Shown here in pieces: positions 62,461 to 64,000 of a DNA stretch of 64,000 nucleotides (its first letter is position 1; every line of letters starts with the position of its first letter). The notes below the pieces were generated by a model, which saw only the letters and a list, made by a program, of their open reading frames with translations, ran no database searches and was not told the origin of the DNA. This DNA comes from Lama glama (lineage: Eukaryota): assembly GCA_028534125.1 (NCBI GenBank), contig CM052818.1, forward strand, positions 21,454,001 to 21,518,000. Reading direction: 5' to 3'. Made by a program: the position numbers and the translations under genes.

Positions 62461-62849
62461 GTTTTTTCCATCCTCACCAAAATAACAGAATGCAACTAGG
62501 GCTTACTACTCATCCTTATTTTTACTTTGAGATGTTTCATTTATTTTTAGCAAATAGGTTGCAAGTGTAGCTTGTCAGTTTAATTGAAAGGGTGCATTAT
62601 TTTGGTTGTTCTGAGAGGTTTTGTTCACCGGAACTGTAGATTTTGGTAATTTGGGTAATTTTCTTGTGTGAATCACAAATATGGAGGGAATGTAAGAGCT
62701 TTTGGGGAAGGTCACCACCTTCACTTCACATAATAAAATTACTACCTCCCAAATAGGAGAGGCCCCAGATTTCCACAGAAATCCTTTGGCCTTTATTCTT
62801 GGTTTCATTCTGCTTCCTAAACTTTTTCACCTCAAGTCCCAATCAAATA

Positions 62850-63003
62850 TTATCTTTCATTTTTATTTAATTCTGTAGTGTGTATGTGCCTTTTCTCTTC
62901 AACTAAACTATAAGCTCTCAGGGGACAGAGACACTGAGAATTTTTATTTCCTTTCCCCCTCAGAGATTTGCATAGTGCAACAGCAAGTAGACACTCAATA
63001 AAT
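62850..63003 (+). mobile_element. L2 3' end
   Basis: actaaactataagctctcaggggacagagac...gcatagtg...agtagacactcaataaat. Confidence 0.7.
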
Positions 63004-64000
63004 CCCCACTCACAGAATAAACTCATTTCTCTGGTCAGAAATGTATCCTCAGCCCTAATCTATTCTATGTATGTGACATTAGCCTTCTTAGTGGGGAAAG
63101 GGAGGCCATTATTTTTTTCTGATCTGTTTGTCTTCTTGATAGTCAACATCTTGGGATAGGATGCCTTTGAAAGTCAACTATCTACACTGCAACATTATAC
63201 AGCAACTTTCACATGAAGTTCTTACGTAAACAGACTGTTGACAGTGGTTTCCAGCCTAATTTTCACCCCCTGTACAACTGATGGATTTTGATGATTAGCG
63301 TTCACTGCAGCCACAGTCCCCAATTCAGCAGGGCTGGGTGAAGAAGAGCTGTGGGCAATGAAAGCCTTACAGGTAAACCTGATATATCCTTCTGGAAATG
63401 AGTCCTTTCTCCCCTCTTCTCCCCAGCAAACAGAGGAACACTAAGTTGGAACAGTTAGGAAGAGAAGTGAATTGGTCCATCAAAACAAATTTTGTAATTT
63501 CAGAAACTGAATTCTACAAAAATATAATAGTCAATAAGTACTTAGTAATTAAGAATTTATGACCATAATGGGACTCACTTGCAAAGAACTAAAGGGCTTA
63601 AATGGCCTTTGTACACCTCAGTGGAACTCTGTGCTACCCACAAGTAAGAATAAGCTAAATTTTTTAGCGGGTTAATCTCTCTTTTTGAGGTTTGGGAGCA
63701 AGTGGGAAAGCACTCTTTTTATATGTGATTCTCTCTTCTAAAATACCTGCAAATGGATTGACAGTTATGGCAAAAAAAAAAAAAAAAAGGCTCGACTCAA
63801 TTTTACTTGAATGAAGTAAATGAAGTACTTTACTTGAATAAAGTACAGAAGTGAAGACAAGTTGAACTTTACATTCCAAGTCAAAGATGGAAGATAATCT
63901 TAAAATACTGAAGCCAGTAATTTAGGGGCACCTGTTAGCAACACCCCCAAAGGGGTACAATCAGAATAATCCAGAATTTAGGAAATTGTATAGGACAAAT

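Overview
This is non-coding mammalian genomic DNA, most likely from a camelid. The evidence is three copies of a tRNA-Ala-derived SINE of the camelid vic-1 type, plus cetartiodactyl-type L1 3' UTRs; I saw no Alu, Bov-tA/BovB, PRE-1 or Can-SINE. I found no recognisable host protein-coding exon, RNA gene or CRISPR array. The only protein-like ORFs are decayed LINE-1 pieces, and the long 'X' ORFs are artefacts of two 500-N gaps. Roughly half of the window is interspersed repeats (L1, L2, L3/CR1, MIR, MLT1 LTRs, hAT/Charlie MITEs), separated by several 2.5-3.7 kb repeat-poor stretches that may hold regulatory elements. It reads like a large intron or intergenic region. I see no support for a new biological system. 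The most interesting observations concern retrotransposition mechanics: a tail-less internal L1 RT fragment with a perfect 12-bp target-site duplication (TSD), three 'tail-only' insertions with TSDs, an old L1 lacking its EN/RT core, and a four-level nested insertion. Repeat family and subfamily names come from my recall of consensus sequences, not from a database search. Boundaries of old repeats are approximate.
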